From Opitutus sp. GAS368 (GTDB lineage Bacteria; Verrucomicrobiota; Verrucomicrobiia; Opitutales; Opitutaceae), in contig CAMAXB010000001.1 of NCBI GenBank assembly GCA_945862035.1, positions 1-42,698 of the forward strand: a DNA stretch of 42,698 nucleotides, in the 5' to 3' direction. The notes beneath the pieces are model-generated. The model was not told the origin of the DNA. It saw only the letters and a program-made list of their open reading frames with translations, and did no database searches. The position numbers and the translations under genes were made by a program. Of the stretch, positions 26,415 to 36,738 are shown piece after piece (positions within the stretch are counted from its first letter, which is position 1; each line of letters starts with the position of its first letter).

Positions 26415-27187
26415 TTCCGCGCCTCTCCGCCCTCGTCACCGGCGCTTCCCGCGGCATCGGCGCCGCCATTGCCCGCGCCCTCGCTGCCCGTGGTGTGCGC
26501 GTCGCCGTGCACTACCAGCGCAACGAGGCCGCGGCTCGCGCCACGCTCGCCGCGCTCACCGGGTCCGGACACCGGCTGGTCAAGGGCGACTTGTCGGACG
26601 CCGCTGGGGCGGAGGCAGTCTGGACGGCCGCGACAGGCCACCTCGGCCCGGTCGGACTGCTGGTGAACAACGCCGGCATCTATGAAACACACCCGATCCT
26701 GACCTGCGACTTTGATGGCTGGCAGGAAGCTTGGACGCGCACGCTTGGCGCCAATCTCATCGGGCCGGCGCATCTGACCTTTCTCGCGGCCCGCGCCATG
26801 GCGGCGGCCGACCTGGCCGATCCCGGCCATGGCCGTGGCCGGGTGGTGGCCATCTCCTCCCGCGGGGCCTTCCGTGGCGAGCCCGAAGCCCCCGCCTACG
26901 GCGCCAGCAAGGCGGGCCTCAATGCGCTCGGCCAATCCCTCGCGCGAGCCCTCGCCCCGCAGGCGGTCTATTTTTTCGCGGTCGCCCCCGGCTGGGTTGC
27001 GACGGATATGGCGGCGGAACACCTCGCCGGCCCGGCCGCGGCCGAGATCCTCGCCCAGCACCCGCTCGGCCGCGTGGCTGATCCGGATGAAATCGCCCGC
27101 ACCGCCGTCTTCTGCGGCCTCGACGCGCCCGCGGCCATGACCGGTGCGATCATTGACGTGAACGGCGCATCGTATTTGCGGACGTGA
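26411..27187 (+). CDS. SDR family oxidoreductase (FabG-like)
   Basis: TGASRGIG cofactor motif and YGASKAG (YxxxK). The ATG at 26411 overlaps the dgkA stop (ATGA). Confidence 0.85.
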   Translation: MIPRLSALVTGASRGIGAAIARALAARGVRVAVHYQRNEAAARATLAALTGSGHRLVKGDLSDAAGAEAVWTAATGHLGPVGLLVNNAGIYETHPILTCDFDGWQEAWTRTLGANLIGPAHLTFLAARAMAAADLADPGHGRGRVVAISSRGAFRGEPEAPAYGASKAGLNALGQSLARALAPQAVYFFAVAPGWVATDMAAEHLAGPAAAEILAQHPLGRVADPDEIARTAVFCGLDAPAAMTGAIIDVNGASYLRT

Positions 27188-27212
27188 GCCAGGTAGCTCA
27201 ATCCGTTTTCCA

Positions 27213-27306
27213 GGAGGGAATAGAGAGAACGGAGGGAGTAACGCTGACGATCGGGTGGAGGAATCATTCCTCTCCGTTTCCTCTGTTTCTTCCTGTGAAC
27301 GGATCG
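27213..27306 (+). repeat. ACGGAGAG-flavour hairpin with related 3' tail
   Basis: 27213-27236 pairs with 27270-27293. That is 24 positions with 1 mismatch and 5 wobble pairs, most with the G on the 5' arm. The tail is CCTGTGAACGGATCG. It lies between convergent genes. Confidence 0.7.
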
Positions 27307-27323
27307 AAATCAGGTGAGATCGC

Positions 27324-28439
27324 TTACCGCACCCGCGTGAAAAAGCCAATGCCGACGCCCAGCATGGCGAGGTTGGGGACCAGCGCTGCCCAGAGCGGCG
27401 GGATGACCTCGCGTCCGCCCATCGCGGTGGACGCCTTGAGCAGGACAAAGTAGACAAGGAAGAGGCCGATGGATTTGGATACGCCCACCGCCGGGTTCAC
27501 ACGGACGCCGCTGATCGCAAAGGGAATCGCGATCGCCATGATGATCAGGGGACCGAGGGTCTCGGCTAGCAGGCTGTAGTAGCGGACGGCGTAGGCTGTG
27601 ACCTTCGGGTTTTCATCGACGGTAAAGTAGTCGATGATCCGGCTTAATTCGGAGAAAGAGAGGTCCACGGGCCGCAGGTCGAACACCAGCATGAGCGCGG
27701 GGTCCTCCCGGAAATGAGGCACGCTTTTCTCGGCAAAGGACACGGTGCGCACGACCTCGCCGGTCTCGGGTTCAAGCCAGGTTTCACGCCCGTCGAAGAA
27801 CACCCACGAGCCACGGGCGGCGTCGAAGCCCGCCTCGCGCGCCGTGAGCCGGGTCTTTTCGCGACGAAGGGCATCCAGCTCCGAGACGGTGACGCCGTAG
27901 CCGCGGCCGGTGAAGCGGCTGTAGCGGTTGAAGTACCACATCCGGTTCTGGCGCTGATTGTCGAAGGCGACCCCCGTGGTCGTGCCAATGCGGTCGACGG
28001 CGCTGTTGGCGCGGGCCTCCGACCGGAACTGCAGATTCTGCAGCAGCGAGCGGGACTCCTCCACCGACCAGGGAATCACCGTGGCATTCACGTACCACAT
28101 CACCCCGCAGAGCACCGCCCCGGAAAGCCACAGAACCCGCGTCAGCCGGAAAAGCCCGACCCCCGCCGCGCGCAGGGCCGTGATTTCATTGTTCCGATGC
28201 AGCTGCCCCAGCGTGTAGAGCAGGGAGATCAGCAGGGTCAGGGGCAGGACGATGGACAGGTAGCTGGGGAGCTTGACCGCAAAGTAAACCAGGACATCCG
28301 CGAATGTGGCGCCATCGTCGAGCAGGTCCCGGAAATCCTCATACATCGCCTGCATCAGCAGGAGCCCCAGCATCGCGCAAAGCACCAGGCCGAGCATTTT
28401 CAGCCATTCGCGCAGCAGGTAGCGGTCGATGAGGGTCAT
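27324..28439 (-). CDS. LptF/LptG (YjgP/YjgQ) family permease
   Basis: MTLIDRYLLREWLKMLG... N-terminus, six-TM layout and a large periplasmic loop. Start at the ATG at 28439. Confidence 0.85.
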   Translation of the reverse strand: MTLIDRYLLREWLKMLGLVLCAMLGLLLMQAMYEDFRDLLDDGATFADVLVYFAVKLPSYLSIVLPLTLLISLLYTLGQLHRNNEITALRAAGVGLFRLTRVLWLSGAVLCGVMWYVNATVIPWSVEESRSLLQNLQFRSEARANSAVDRIGTTTGVAFDNQRQNRMWYFNRYSRFTGRGYGVTVSELDALRREKTRLTAREAGFDAARGSWVFFDGRETWLEPETGEVVRTVSFAEKSVPHFREDPALMLVFDLRPVDLSFSELSRIIDYFTVDENPKVTAYAVRYYSLLAETLGPLIIMAIAIPFAISGVRVNPAVGVSKSIGLFLVYFVLLKASTAMGGREVIPPLWAALVPNLAMLGVGIGFFTRVR

Positions 28440-28687
28440 GAGAGGGCGGCCGAGACAGGCCATGCTGGCGGGGGGGAACCGGCGGCGGCGACTCAAAAAG
28501 ACCGGTACGGTGACACCGGCCTGATGGAGCGGAGTTCGCTGACCCCGAACCGCGGTGCTGGCCCTGCCTGAACAAGGGATGAAGCCGACCCGAAGCCATC
28601 CCCGGGCCGAAGGCGGCTGGATCGAGCGCCATGACCTGTACAGTTTGGTTGAAAGCGGGCCAAACCCTCCTCACGCTTGGCCCCCGC

Positions 28688-29815
28688 ATGCACTCCCTGC
28701 CCCGTCGTCTGGTTGCACTTTTCATTACGCTGGGCCTTGCCTCCATGCTGACGGCGCAAGGCACCATCAAGATCGGCCAATTTGCCTCCCTCACCGGCAA
28801 GGAAGCCAGTCTGGGCCAATCTTCCCACAAGGGCACCACGCTCGCCGTGGAACACATCAACGCGGCGGGTGGCGTCCTCGGCCTGAGGCTCGAGCTCATC
28901 ACCGAGGATACGCAGTCCAAGGCAGGTGAAAGCGGCACCGCGGTGCGCAAGCTCATTTCGCGCGACAAGGTCGTCGCCCTCTTGGGTGAGGTCGCCTCCA
29001 GCCGCTCGCTCGAGGCGGCCCCGATCGCCCAGCGCTCGCGCATCCCGATGGTCTCGCCCGCCTCGACCAACCCCCAGGTCACCGAGACGGGCGATTATAT
29101 TTTTCGCACCTGCTTCATCGATCCCTTCCAAGGCCCGGTAATGGCGAAATTCGCCAAGGACACCCTCAAGGCGAAGCGCATCGCGCTGCTGGTGAGCAAC
29201 TCGTCCGCCTACAGCGTGGGTCTGGCCAAATTTTTCAAGGAGGCCTTCCTTGCCGGCGGCGGCGAGATCGTCGCCGAGCTCAAGTACTCCGAGGGCGACA
29301 AGGACTTTAAGGCCCAGCTGACCAACATCCGCGCCGCCAATGTCGATGCGATCTTCAACCCTGGCTACTACAATGAGGGCGCCCTACTCGTGAAGCAGGC
29401 CCGCGACCTCGGCATCACCCTGCCCATCTTCGGCGCCGACAGTTGGGAGGCGCAGGCCCTGATCGACCTTGGCGGCAAGGCCATTGAGGGCGCCTTCCTT
29501 TGCTCCCATTACTCACCCCAGGATCCCTCCCCGCGCGTGCAGGATTTCGTGGAGGCCTACAAGGCCAAGCACAACGCCACGCCCGATTCCAATGCCTCGC
29601 TGGGTTACGACTCCGTCCTCGTTCTCGCCGATGCGATCAGACGCGCCGGCTCGGCCGATCCGACCAAGATTCGCGACGCCCTCGCCGCAACCAAGGATTT
29701 TCCCGCCGTCACTGGCAACATCACCATCGATGCCCAGCGCAACGCCTCCAAGAGCGCCGTGATCGTCACGGTCAAGGACGGCGCCTTCCAGTACGTGCAG
29801 ACCATCGCCCCCTGA
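28688..29815 (+). CDS. Branched-chain amino acid ABC transporter substrate-binding protein (LivJ/K-like), paralog 1
   Basis: A signal peptide followed by TIKIGQFASLTGKEASLGQSSHKG, a Peripla_BP_6-type layout. Confidence 0.9.
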   Translation: MHSLPRRLVALFITLGLASMLTAQGTIKIGQFASLTGKEASLGQSSHKGTTLAVEHINAAGGVLGLRLELITEDTQSKAGESGTAVRKLISRDKVVALLGEVASSRSLEAAPIAQRSRIPMVSPASTNPQVTETGDYIFRTCFIDPFQGPVMAKFAKDTLKAKRIALLVSNSSAYSVGLAKFFKEAFLAGGGEIVAELKYSEGDKDFKAQLTNIRAANVDAIFNPGYYNEGALLVKQARDLGITLPIFGADSWEAQALIDLGGKAIEGAFLCSHYSPQDPSPRVQDFVEAYKAKHNATPDSNASLGYDSVLVLADAIRRAGSADPTKIRDALAATKDFPAVTGNITIDAQRNASKSAVIVTVKDGAFQYVQTIAP

Positions 29816-29842
29816 GCCCCACCTTTCACCCCATCCTCCATC

Positions 29843-30964
29843 ATGAGCCCACGCCTACGCCTCCTCCCCCTGCTCGCCGCCCTCGGGTCGGTCGCGCTCG
29901 CCCAGGAAACCATCAAGATCGGCGAGTACTCGTCGCTCACCGGCAAGGAGGCCAGCTTCGGCCAATCGTCCCACCACGGCATCGTGCTCGCCGTCGAGGA
30001 AATCAACGCCGCGGGCGGCGTCCTGGGGAAAAAAATCGAACTGATCACCGAGGACAACCAAACCAAGCCCGGTGAATCCGCCACGGTGGTCAACAAGCTC
30101 ATCTCCCGCGACAAGGTCGTCGCCCTGATCGGCGAAGTCGCCTCCGGCCGCTCGCTCGAGGCCGCCCCGATCGCTCAGCGCTCGCGCATCCCGATGATCG
30201 CCCCGGCCGCGACCAATCCCAAGGTCACGGAGACCGGCAATTACATCTTCCGCGTCTGCTTCATCGATCCCTTCCAGGGCACCGCGATGGCCAAGTTTGC
30301 CGAGGACACCCTCAAGGTGAAGAAGGTCGCGATCGCCTCCAGCGTGTCCTCCGCTTACAGCGTGGGTCTCGCGCGGTTTTTCCGCGAGACCTTCACCGCC
30401 GGCGGCGGCACCATCACGGCCGAGCAGAAGTTCTCCGAGGGCGACAAGGACTTCCGCGCCCAACTCACCGCCATCAGGGCCTCCGGCGCCGAGGCGGTCT
30501 TCGTCCCCGCCTACTACACCGAGGCCGCGCTGCTCATCCGCCAGGCCCGCGATCTTGGCATGACCATGCCCTTCTTCGGCGGCGACGGCTGGGAGGCCCC
30601 GCAGCTCCTCGAGATCGGCGGCGCCGCGATGAACGGCACCTACTACTCCACCCACTTCTCCGCGGAGAATAAGGAGCCGGTCGTAGCCGACTTTGTCGCC
30701 CGCTACAAGGCCCGCTGGGATGGCGAGGTCCCCGGCGCCTTCTCGGCCCTCGGCTATGACTCCGTGTATGTCCTCGTCGACGCGATCAAGCGCGCCGGCA
30801 CGACGGACGGTCCCAAGCTGCGCGACGCCATCGCCCAGACCAAGGGCTTCGCCGGCGTGACCGGGATCACGACCATCAACGCCCAGCGCGACGCGACCAA
30901 GCCGGCTGCCATCATCGCGGTCCGGGACGGGAAACTCGAATTCCTCAAGACCGTCGCCCCCTGA
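29843..30964 (+). CDS. Branched-chain amino acid ABC transporter substrate-binding protein (LivJ/K-like), paralog 2
   Basis: Collinear with paralog 1 (TIKIGEYSSLTGKEASFGQSSHHG, IFRVCFIDPFQG). Confidence 0.9.
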   Translation: MSPRLRLLPLLAALGSVALAQETIKIGEYSSLTGKEASFGQSSHHGIVLAVEEINAAGGVLGKKIELITEDNQTKPGESATVVNKLISRDKVVALIGEVASGRSLEAAPIAQRSRIPMIAPAATNPKVTETGNYIFRVCFIDPFQGTAMAKFAEDTLKVKKVAIASSVSSAYSVGLARFFRETFTAGGGTITAEQKFSEGDKDFRAQLTAIRASGAEAVFVPAYYTEAALLIRQARDLGMTMPFFGGDGWEAPQLLEIGGAAMNGTYYSTHFSAENKEPVVADFVARYKARWDGEVPGAFSALGYDSVYVLVDAIKRAGTTDGPKLRDAIAQTKGFAGVTGITTINAQRDATKPAAIIAVRDGKLEFLKTVAP

Positions 30965-31059
30965 TCCGGGTTTGACGTCCGCCAGATTTCGCGCGCAGCC
31001 TCAACGCTGCGCGCGCCTGTTTTCCCGCGCCGCTTGGGCGCCGCGCCCGATCCTCCTTT

Positions 31060-31950
31060 GTGACCGAATTTCTCCAGCAACTCCTCAACGGCCTCTCGCT
31101 CGGCGCGATCTATGCCCTGATCGCCCTCGGCTACACCATGGTGTACGGGGTTTTGCGCTTCATCAATTTCGCCCACGCCGACGTCTTCATGGTCGGCGCC
31201 TTTGCCGGATACTACCTCGGGCAATTCCTGCCGGAGGACACCCTTTGGGGGGGCTCGATCGTGCTGATCGGCGCCATGGCGGCCTCCGCGGCCCTCGGCA
31301 TGACCATCGAGCGCCTCGCCTACCGTCCGCTCCGCAATGCCCCCACGCTCAATGTACTGATCACCGCGATCGGCGTCTCCCTGCTGCTCCAGTACAGCGG
31401 GCAGGTCTTCTTCGGGGCCGCCCCCCGCACCTTCCCCCCGGTCCTGCCCTCCCGTAATTTTGAGATCGGCACGCTCACGCTCTCGAGCAATCAGCTCGTG
31501 GTGATCGGCGTAGCCATCGCCTTGGTCGTGGCGCTTCAGTTCATCGTTTTCCGGACCAAGATGGGGACGGCGATGCGTGCGGTCTCGCTCAATCCGAAGG
31601 CGGCCCAGCTCGTCGGCGTGAACAACAACGTGGTCATCACATTCACCTTCGCGCTTGGCTCCGCCCTCGCCGGCGCCGGCGGCATCCTCTATTCGCTCAA
31701 CTACCCTTCGATCGATCCGCTCATGGGCGTGATGCCCGGCCTCAAGGCCTTCGTCGCAGCCATCCTGGGCGGCATTGGCAACATCCCGGGCGCGGCGCTG
31801 GGCGGGCTCCTGCTCGGCACGGTCGAGACCTTCGTGGCCGGCAGCCAGTATTCGACCTATAAGGACGCCATCGCCTTTGCGATCCTGATCATCATCCTGC
31901 TCTTCCGGCCGGCCGGGCTGCTGGGACGCTTCACCGCGGAGAAGGTCTGA
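31060..31950 (+). CDS. livH: Branched-chain amino acid ABC transporter permease LivH
   Basis: GTG start. LNGLSLGAIYALIALGYTMVYG is the typical LivH N-terminus. Confidence 0.9.
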   Translation: MTEFLQQLLNGLSLGAIYALIALGYTMVYGVLRFINFAHADVFMVGAFAGYYLGQFLPEDTLWGGSIVLIGAMAASAALGMTIERLAYRPLRNAPTLNVLITAIGVSLLLQYSGQVFFGAAPRTFPPVLPSRNFEIGTLTLSSNQLVVIGVAIALVVALQFIVFRTKMGTAMRAVSLNPKAAQLVGVNNNVVITFTFALGSALAGAGGILYSLNYPSIDPLMGVMPGLKAFVAAILGGIGNIPGAALGGLLLGTVETFVAGSQYSTYKDAIAFAILIIILLFRPAGLLGRFTAEKV

Positions 31951-31951
31951 C

Positions 31952-32890
31952 ATGCCCCGTCCGCATCTCCTCCTGTTGCTCGGCTTTGCCTTTGCCGCCG
32001 GCATCTCGGCCCTCTCGGACCGGATCGATCCCTACTTCCTCGATGTGATGACTGGCATCGGGATCAACGTGATCCTTGCGGTCTCGCTCAATCTGGTGAA
32101 TGGCCACACCGGTCAGTTCTCCCTCGGACACGCCGGCTTCATGGCGGTTGGCGCTTACCTCTCGGCCGCGGTGACCGTCTTTCTCGGTCCCCGGCTCCTC
32201 GGCGACGAGCCCGGTCTGGTCGCCCAGAATGCGATCTTCCTCGCCGCCCTCGTGGCCGGCGGCCTCAGCGCCGCCTTTGCCGGCCTGCTGGTGGGCATAC
32301 CCTCGCTGCGGCTGAAGGGCGACTACCTCGCCCTCGTGACCCTCGGGTTCGGGGAGATCATCCGCGTCATCTTCCAGAACGTCGAGGTCCTCGGCGGCGC
32401 GCTCGGCCTCAATGGCATTCCGTATTACACGAACATCTTCTGGGTGATCGGCTTCGTCGTCCTGACCATCTTTGTCATCATCTGCGTGGTGAACTCGACT
32501 TATGGGCGCGGCTTCATCGCCACGCATGACGACGAGATCGCGTCCGAGGCGATCGGCCTCAACACCACGCGCTACAAGATCGTCGCCTTCGTGATCGGCG
32601 CCTTCTTTGCGGGCATCGCGGGCGGCCTCTACGGTCACTTCAAGATGACGATCACGCCCACCGGCTTCGATTTCACCAAGAGTATCGAGATCGTGGTCAT
32701 GGTCATCCTTGGCGGCATGGGCAACACGATCGGCGTGGTGCTCGCCGCGGTCCTGCTGACGCTGCTGCCCGAGGTCCTCCGGCCGATCGCCGAGTACCGC
32801 ATGATCCTCTACTCCTTCATGCTGATCGTCCTGATGATCCTGCGACCCCAGGGCCTGTTCAACTTCAAGTTCGGGAAGACCCGCTTCTGA
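31952..32890 (+). CDS. livM: Branched-chain amino acid ABC transporter permease LivM
   Basis: GHTGQFSLGHAGFMAVGAY motif and a multi-TM profile. Confidence 0.9.
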   Translation: MPRPHLLLLLGFAFAAGISALSDRIDPYFLDVMTGIGINVILAVSLNLVNGHTGQFSLGHAGFMAVGAYLSAAVTVFLGPRLLGDEPGLVAQNAIFLAALVAGGLSAAFAGLLVGIPSLRLKGDYLALVTLGFGEIIRVIFQNVEVLGGALGLNGIPYYTNIFWVIGFVVLTIFVIICVVNSTYGRGFIATHDDEIASEAIGLNTTRYKIVAFVIGAFFAGIAGGLYGHFKMTITPTGFDFTKSIEIVVMVILGGMGNTIGVVLAAVLLTLLPEVLRPIAEYRMILYSFMLIVLMILRPQGLFNFKFGKTRF

Positions 32891-33678
32891 TGGCGACGCT
32901 GCTCCAGCTCCACCAGGCGACGATCCGCTTCGGCGGCCTGACCGCGGTCAACGCGGTGGACTTCACCATCGGCGAGAATGAGCTCTGCGGCCTGATCGGC
33001 CCGAACGGTGCGGGCAAGACGACCGTGTTCAACCTGATCACGGGGGTCTACCAGCCGACGGACGGCACGGTCAGCTTCCGCGGCCGTAATCTCGCCGGGC
33101 TCAAGGTCCACTCGATCGTCGAGCTCGGCATCGCGCGCACCTTCCAAAACATCCGGCTCTTCGGCAGCCTCAGCGTCTTCGACAATGTCCGCGCCGCCTG
33201 CAATCTGCACCGGGGCTCCAGCCCGTTCCAGACCCTGGTGCGACTCGCCTCCTACCAGGGTGATGAAGCCGCGATTGCGCGCCGGGCCGAGGAGTTGCTC
33301 GATATCTTTAACCTCCGCCGCTTCCGGGACGCACCCGCGAAGAGCCTGCCGTATGGCGAGCAGCGTCGGCTGGAGATTGTCCGCTGCCTCGCGACGAAGC
33401 CCCAGCTTCTCCTGCTCGACGAGCCTGCCGCCGGCATGAATCCCTCGGAGAAGATCGAACTGATCCGGCTGATCCAGCAGATCAAAACCCAGTTCGGCCT
33501 CTCCATCCTCCTCGTCGAGCACTCGATGAAAGTCGTGATGGGCGCCTGCGAGCGCATCGCCGTGCTCGACTACGGTATGAAAATCGCCGAGGGCACCCCC
33601 GCCGAGATCCAGCGGGACCGGAAGGTCATCGAAGCCTACCTCGGCGAGGACCACGGAACCAATCTGTCGCACCACTGA
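32890..33678 (+). CDS. livG: Branched-chain amino acid ABC transporter ATP-binding protein LivG
   Basis: Walker A GPNGAGKTT, signature LPYGEQRRLEI and Walker B LLLLDEPAAG. Confidence 0.9.
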   Translation: MATLLQLHQATIRFGGLTAVNAVDFTIGENELCGLIGPNGAGKTTVFNLITGVYQPTDGTVSFRGRNLAGLKVHSIVELGIARTFQNIRLFGSLSVFDNVRAACNLHRGSSPFQTLVRLASYQGDEAAIARRAEELLDIFNLRRFRDAPAKSLPYGEQRRLEIVRCLATKPQLLLLDEPAAGMNPSEKIELIRLIQQIKTQFGLSILLVEHSMKVVMGACERIAVLDYGMKIAEGTPAEIQRDRKVIEAYLGEDHGTNLSHH

Positions 33679-33682
33679 TGAA

Positions 33683-33792
33683 ATTTTCGATTTTCGAATT
33701 TCGATTTTCGAATGAGGCCGCGACGGAACGGTTTCCTGCGAACGTCGCGGTCCGGTCTGAAATCGAAATTCGAAAATCAAAATTCGAAAATG
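33683..33792. repeat. AT-rich nested palindromic element between livG and livF
   Basis: The outer arm 33683-33707 (ATTTTCGATTTTCGAATTTCGATTT) pairs with 33760-33784, about 25 bp with 1 mismatch. The inner perfect 8-bp stem is CCGCGACG (33718-33725) with CGTCGCGG (33743-33750). The element's 3' edge (33784-33792, TCGAAAATG), which contains the livF ATG (33790), can pair with 33683-33690 in an alternative register. Confidence 0.85.
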
Positions 33793-34497
33793 CTTAAAGT
33801 CACCGATCTCTCCGTCTCCTACGGCGCCATTCAGGCGCTGGGCGGTGTCTCGTTTGAGATTCCGGCAGGCGACATCGTGACGCTCATCGGCGGCAACGGC
33901 GCGGGCAAGACCACCGCCCTCCGCACGATCTCGGGCCTGCTGCGGCCGCTCGCGGGCACAATCCACTTTCGCGGCGAGGAGATCACCCGGCTGCAGCCCC
34001 ATGACATTGTCGCCCGGGGCCTCTGCCATGTGCCCGAGGGCCGCATGATCTTCGCCAATCTGACGGTGGACGAGAATCTCGCGATGGGCGCCTACCTGCA
34101 GACGGACAAGGCCAAGGTCGCCGGCATCCGCGATTATGTTTTCGGAATTTTCCCCCGTCTGAAGGAACGCCTGAAACAGGTCGCAGGAACACTGTCGGGC
34201 GGCGAACAGCAGATGCTCGCCATCGGCCGCGCCCTGATGGGGGACCCCAAGTTCCTCATGCTCGACGAGCCCTCGCTCGGCATCGCGCCGCGCCTGATCA
34301 GCACGATTTTCGAGAAGATCGTGGAGATCAACCGGAAGCAGGGCATCACGATCCTCCTCGTGGAGCAGAATGCCAACCTCGCGCTCGAGGTCAGCCGCTA
34401 CGCCCATGTCCTCGAGACCGGACGCGTCGCGGTCCATGGGCCCAGCCAAGACCTCCGCCAAGACCCGCAGTTGAAGGCCGCCTACCTCGGCGGCTGA
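33790..34497 (+). CDS. livF: Branched-chain amino acid ABC transporter ATP-binding protein LivF
   Basis: MLKVTDLSVSYG, Walker A GGNGAGKTT and signature LSGGEQQMLAIGRAL. The ATG at 33790 fits the family length (235 aa). Confidence 0.9.
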   Translation: MLKVTDLSVSYGAIQALGGVSFEIPAGDIVTLIGGNGAGKTTALRTISGLLRPLAGTIHFRGEEITRLQPHDIVARGLCHVPEGRMIFANLTVDENLAMGAYLQTDKAKVAGIRDYVFGIFPRLKERLKQVAGTLSGGEQQMLAIGRALMGDPKFLMLDEPSLGIAPRLISTIFEKIVEINRKQGITILLVEQNANLALEVSRYAHVLETGRVAVHGPSQDLRQDPQLKAAYLGG

Positions 34498-34502
34498 GGA
34501 GC

Positions 34503-34585
34503 CCGTCGGGTAATCGCATCGGAAGCCTATCGGTCCCATCCGTCGCATAGGACCTATACGACGGAGAGGACGGAAGACGATCCGG
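34503..34585 (-). repeat. Imperfect hairpin with the pyrimidine arm first (reverse-oriented ACGGAGAG-like arm)
   Basis: CCCATCCGTCGCATAGG (34535-34551) matches CCTATACGACGGAGAGG (34553-34569) at 14 of 17 positions. Periodic CGxxTCGG units lie upstream and GACGATCCGG downstream. It sits between convergent genes. Confidence 0.45.
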
Positions 34586-34593
34586 CGGCCCCC

Positions 34594-36624
34594 TCACGCG
34601 GGCGTCGAGCCGGCTGAAGCCGCGTCCTCGCTGCCTTCGCCCGCTTCCTTCGCTGCGGCCGGTGTCCGCGGGGGCGTCGCCGTCGATTCCGTCGCCCCGC
34701 GCAAGCGCGCCTCACGGTCGGGGGCGAGGCGCCGCAGCTCGAGCCGCGCGAGCCGGAATTCGATCATGCCCGTCATGCCCGTGCTGATACAGGACTCGAG
34801 GTGGGCGACGGCCGAAGCCTGGTCGCCGGACGCTAGGCTCGTTTGGGCTAGCAGAAAGTAGGCCTCGCTCAGCTGGGATGCCACCGTGAGCTCGCCGCCT
34901 TCGCGCGCCCGGCGAAGGAGATTCTCCTCATTGATCCCGCCCTGCAGATAACCCAGGCAGTGGGCGTCCCACGAATCGGGCGAGACCTGCTCCAGCGCCT
35001 TCGCGACGAGGCGGCGCTCGGTACCGCCCGCGCGCCGGGCGGACAAGTCGGCGAGGATGGCCGGCCGGCCGGTGGCCGGATCGCGCTGGGCCTCCGTGCG
35101 GAAATGCGTGCGCGCCTCCTCGTACCGCCCCTGGCCGAAGCGGAAAGCGCCCAGCGCAAGTTCCGCGCGCTCGCGGTCCGGGCGGGTGCGCAGGATCTCC
35201 TTGAAGGCCGCCTCGGCCTCCTCGTCCCGCTGCAAATCCCCAAGGACCACGGCCCGGGCCATGCCCAGGACGGGATCCCGGTGGGGTAGCCGGGCCGCCG
35301 CGGCGAAGTCCGCGAGCGCCGCCTCGTGCCGGCCCGCCCGGCCATGGAGCTGCCCACGCTCCCGGTAGGCCTGGGCCAAGGCCACCGGCTGGCCGCGCAG
35401 CATGTCGATCCGGAAGTCGCGCTCGCCCAGCTCCCGGTCCAGCTGGTGGCGAAGAATCGGATTGGTCGCCACGTCCCCCGTCCATTCCAGTTCCTCCGGC
35501 TCGGGTCCGCTCAGCGCAACCGTGGTGATGGTGCCTTCACTCCAAGCGGTGAGCAGTGCGTCGGCCTCAGCCGGATCCAGCAGCTTGGGCAGGAGCCGCC
35601 GCCAGGTGATGGCATCGCCCGGGCTCGCAAAGCCGCGGGCGACCACCAGCAAACGCTGCAGGGTCAGGGCGAGTTCAGGCGCATCCGCCTGCTCCAGTTC
35701 CTGGACGATCTCACTGATTTCCTTGTGCCCGAGCGCAACTCCGCGATCGCTCAGGCGCTGCCAGTTGGCCAGCAGCTTCTGGCCGGCCAAGCGGGCCGCC
35801 GCATCCCCCCGAAAGGAGGCCGCATTGATCGGGTCGAGGGCATGCAGCCGGTCGATTTCCTCCCGGGACGACTCCAAGGCTGCGGTCCGCCGCCGGGCGC
35901 TTTCCTCGGTCAGCACGCGGCCGCCGTCCCTCCCCGGACTTCCCCGCGCCGCCCGCGCCCGCAGCTCTATCAGGGCGGACAGCACGAGGGCGTTTCCCGG
36001 CCAGACCGCCAGGGCATTTTCATAGACCGCCTCCACTTGCGTCAGTTCGGCCCCGGCAGTGCGGGCATCGATTCCCTCAATGCTGTCAAGAATCAGGGCG
36101 CCCAGCCCATAGGTGTGCGCCAGGTAGAGCGGGCGCGTCCGCGCATCGATCGGCAGCAGCTGCGTGGTGGCCATCAGGACGCGATTCGCCCGCCAGACCT
36201 CACCGGCACTGGCAAAGAGCATGGCCTGCAGGAGGAGCAGGCTCCCGTCCGTCGGGGCAATCTCCAGCGAGGCCCGCCAGAAATTGGCGTTGCGCGTCAC
36301 CAGGGCATCCACGTCCAGTTCATCGAGGCGGGGCCCCTCGCCGCTGGCGATGCGGCGGCGGGCGGCGTCGATGTCCTTCACCCAGGCGCTCACGCCCGGG
36401 CACTGCCCCGCCGGGATTTGCGCATAGACCCGGGTCAGATCGAGCACCGTCTGCCAGGCGCGCAACCGGGCGTCCCGCAGGTCCTCGCCGAAGGATTCCG
36501 GGGCGGCTGCCACCACCGCCGGGGCTGGCGCCACGCCGGGTGCAACCGTCCGGCAGCCCCCCAGTAAAAAGGCGGCGGCCAAGGTCACCCACACGACGGG
36601 TTTGTAGGGCACAAAAGACAGCAT
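34594..36624 (-). CDS. Large TPR-repeat lipoprotein, function unknown
   Basis: 676 aa from the ATG at 36624, with signal peptide and lipobox [27 protein letters not shown]-like helical repeats run throughout. The ORF extends to 37095, but that part overlaps two plus-strand genes. Confidence 0.7.
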   Translation of the reverse strand: MLSFVPYKPVVWVTLAAAFLLGGCRTVAPGVAPAPAVVAAAPESFGEDLRDARLRAWQTVLDLTRVYAQIPAGQCPGVSAWVKDIDAARRRIASGEGPRLDELDVDALVTRNANFWRASLEIAPTDGSLLLLQAMLFASAGEVWRANRVLMATTQLLPIDARTRPLYLAHTYGLGALILDSIEGIDARTAGAELTQVEAVYENALAVWPGNALVLSALIELRARAARGSPGRDGGRVLTEESARRRTAALESSREEIDRLHALDPINAASFRGDAAARLAGQKLLANWQRLSDRGVALGHKEISEIVQELEQADAPELALTLQRLLVVARGFASPGDAITWRRLLPKLLDPAEADALLTAWSEGTITTVALSGPEPEELEWTGDVATNPILRHQLDRELGERDFRIDMLRGQPVALAQAYRERGQLHGRAGRHEAALADFAAAARLPHRDPVLGMARAVVLGDLQRDEEAEAAFKEILRTRPDRERAELALGAFRFGQGRYEEARTHFRTEAQRDPATGRPAILADLSARRAGGTERRLVAKALEQVSPDSWDAHCLGYLQGGINEENLLRRAREGGELTVASQLSEAYFLLAQTSLASGDQASAVAHLESCISTGMTGMIEFRLARLELRRLAPDREARLRGATESTATPPRTPAAAKEAGEGSEDAASAGSTPA

Positions 36625-36738
36625 GGGGAAGTGACACCGAGTATCCGCCGGGGTCGCCTGAGACGAACAGAAAATGCATGGGTACGGACTGGTTTTAGCC
36701 GTTGCGAAGGCGTGGGGGCAGGATTCGATCTCCTCCCC

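Noticed and set aside
33683-33792. Short periodic units here and in the other hairpin arms considered as possible mini-CRISPR arrays or tandem-repeat satellites.
   Set aside because: The units are only 7-10 nt, degenerate and arranged as inverted arms without unique spacers. No cas genes are present. Hairpin repeat elements explain them better.
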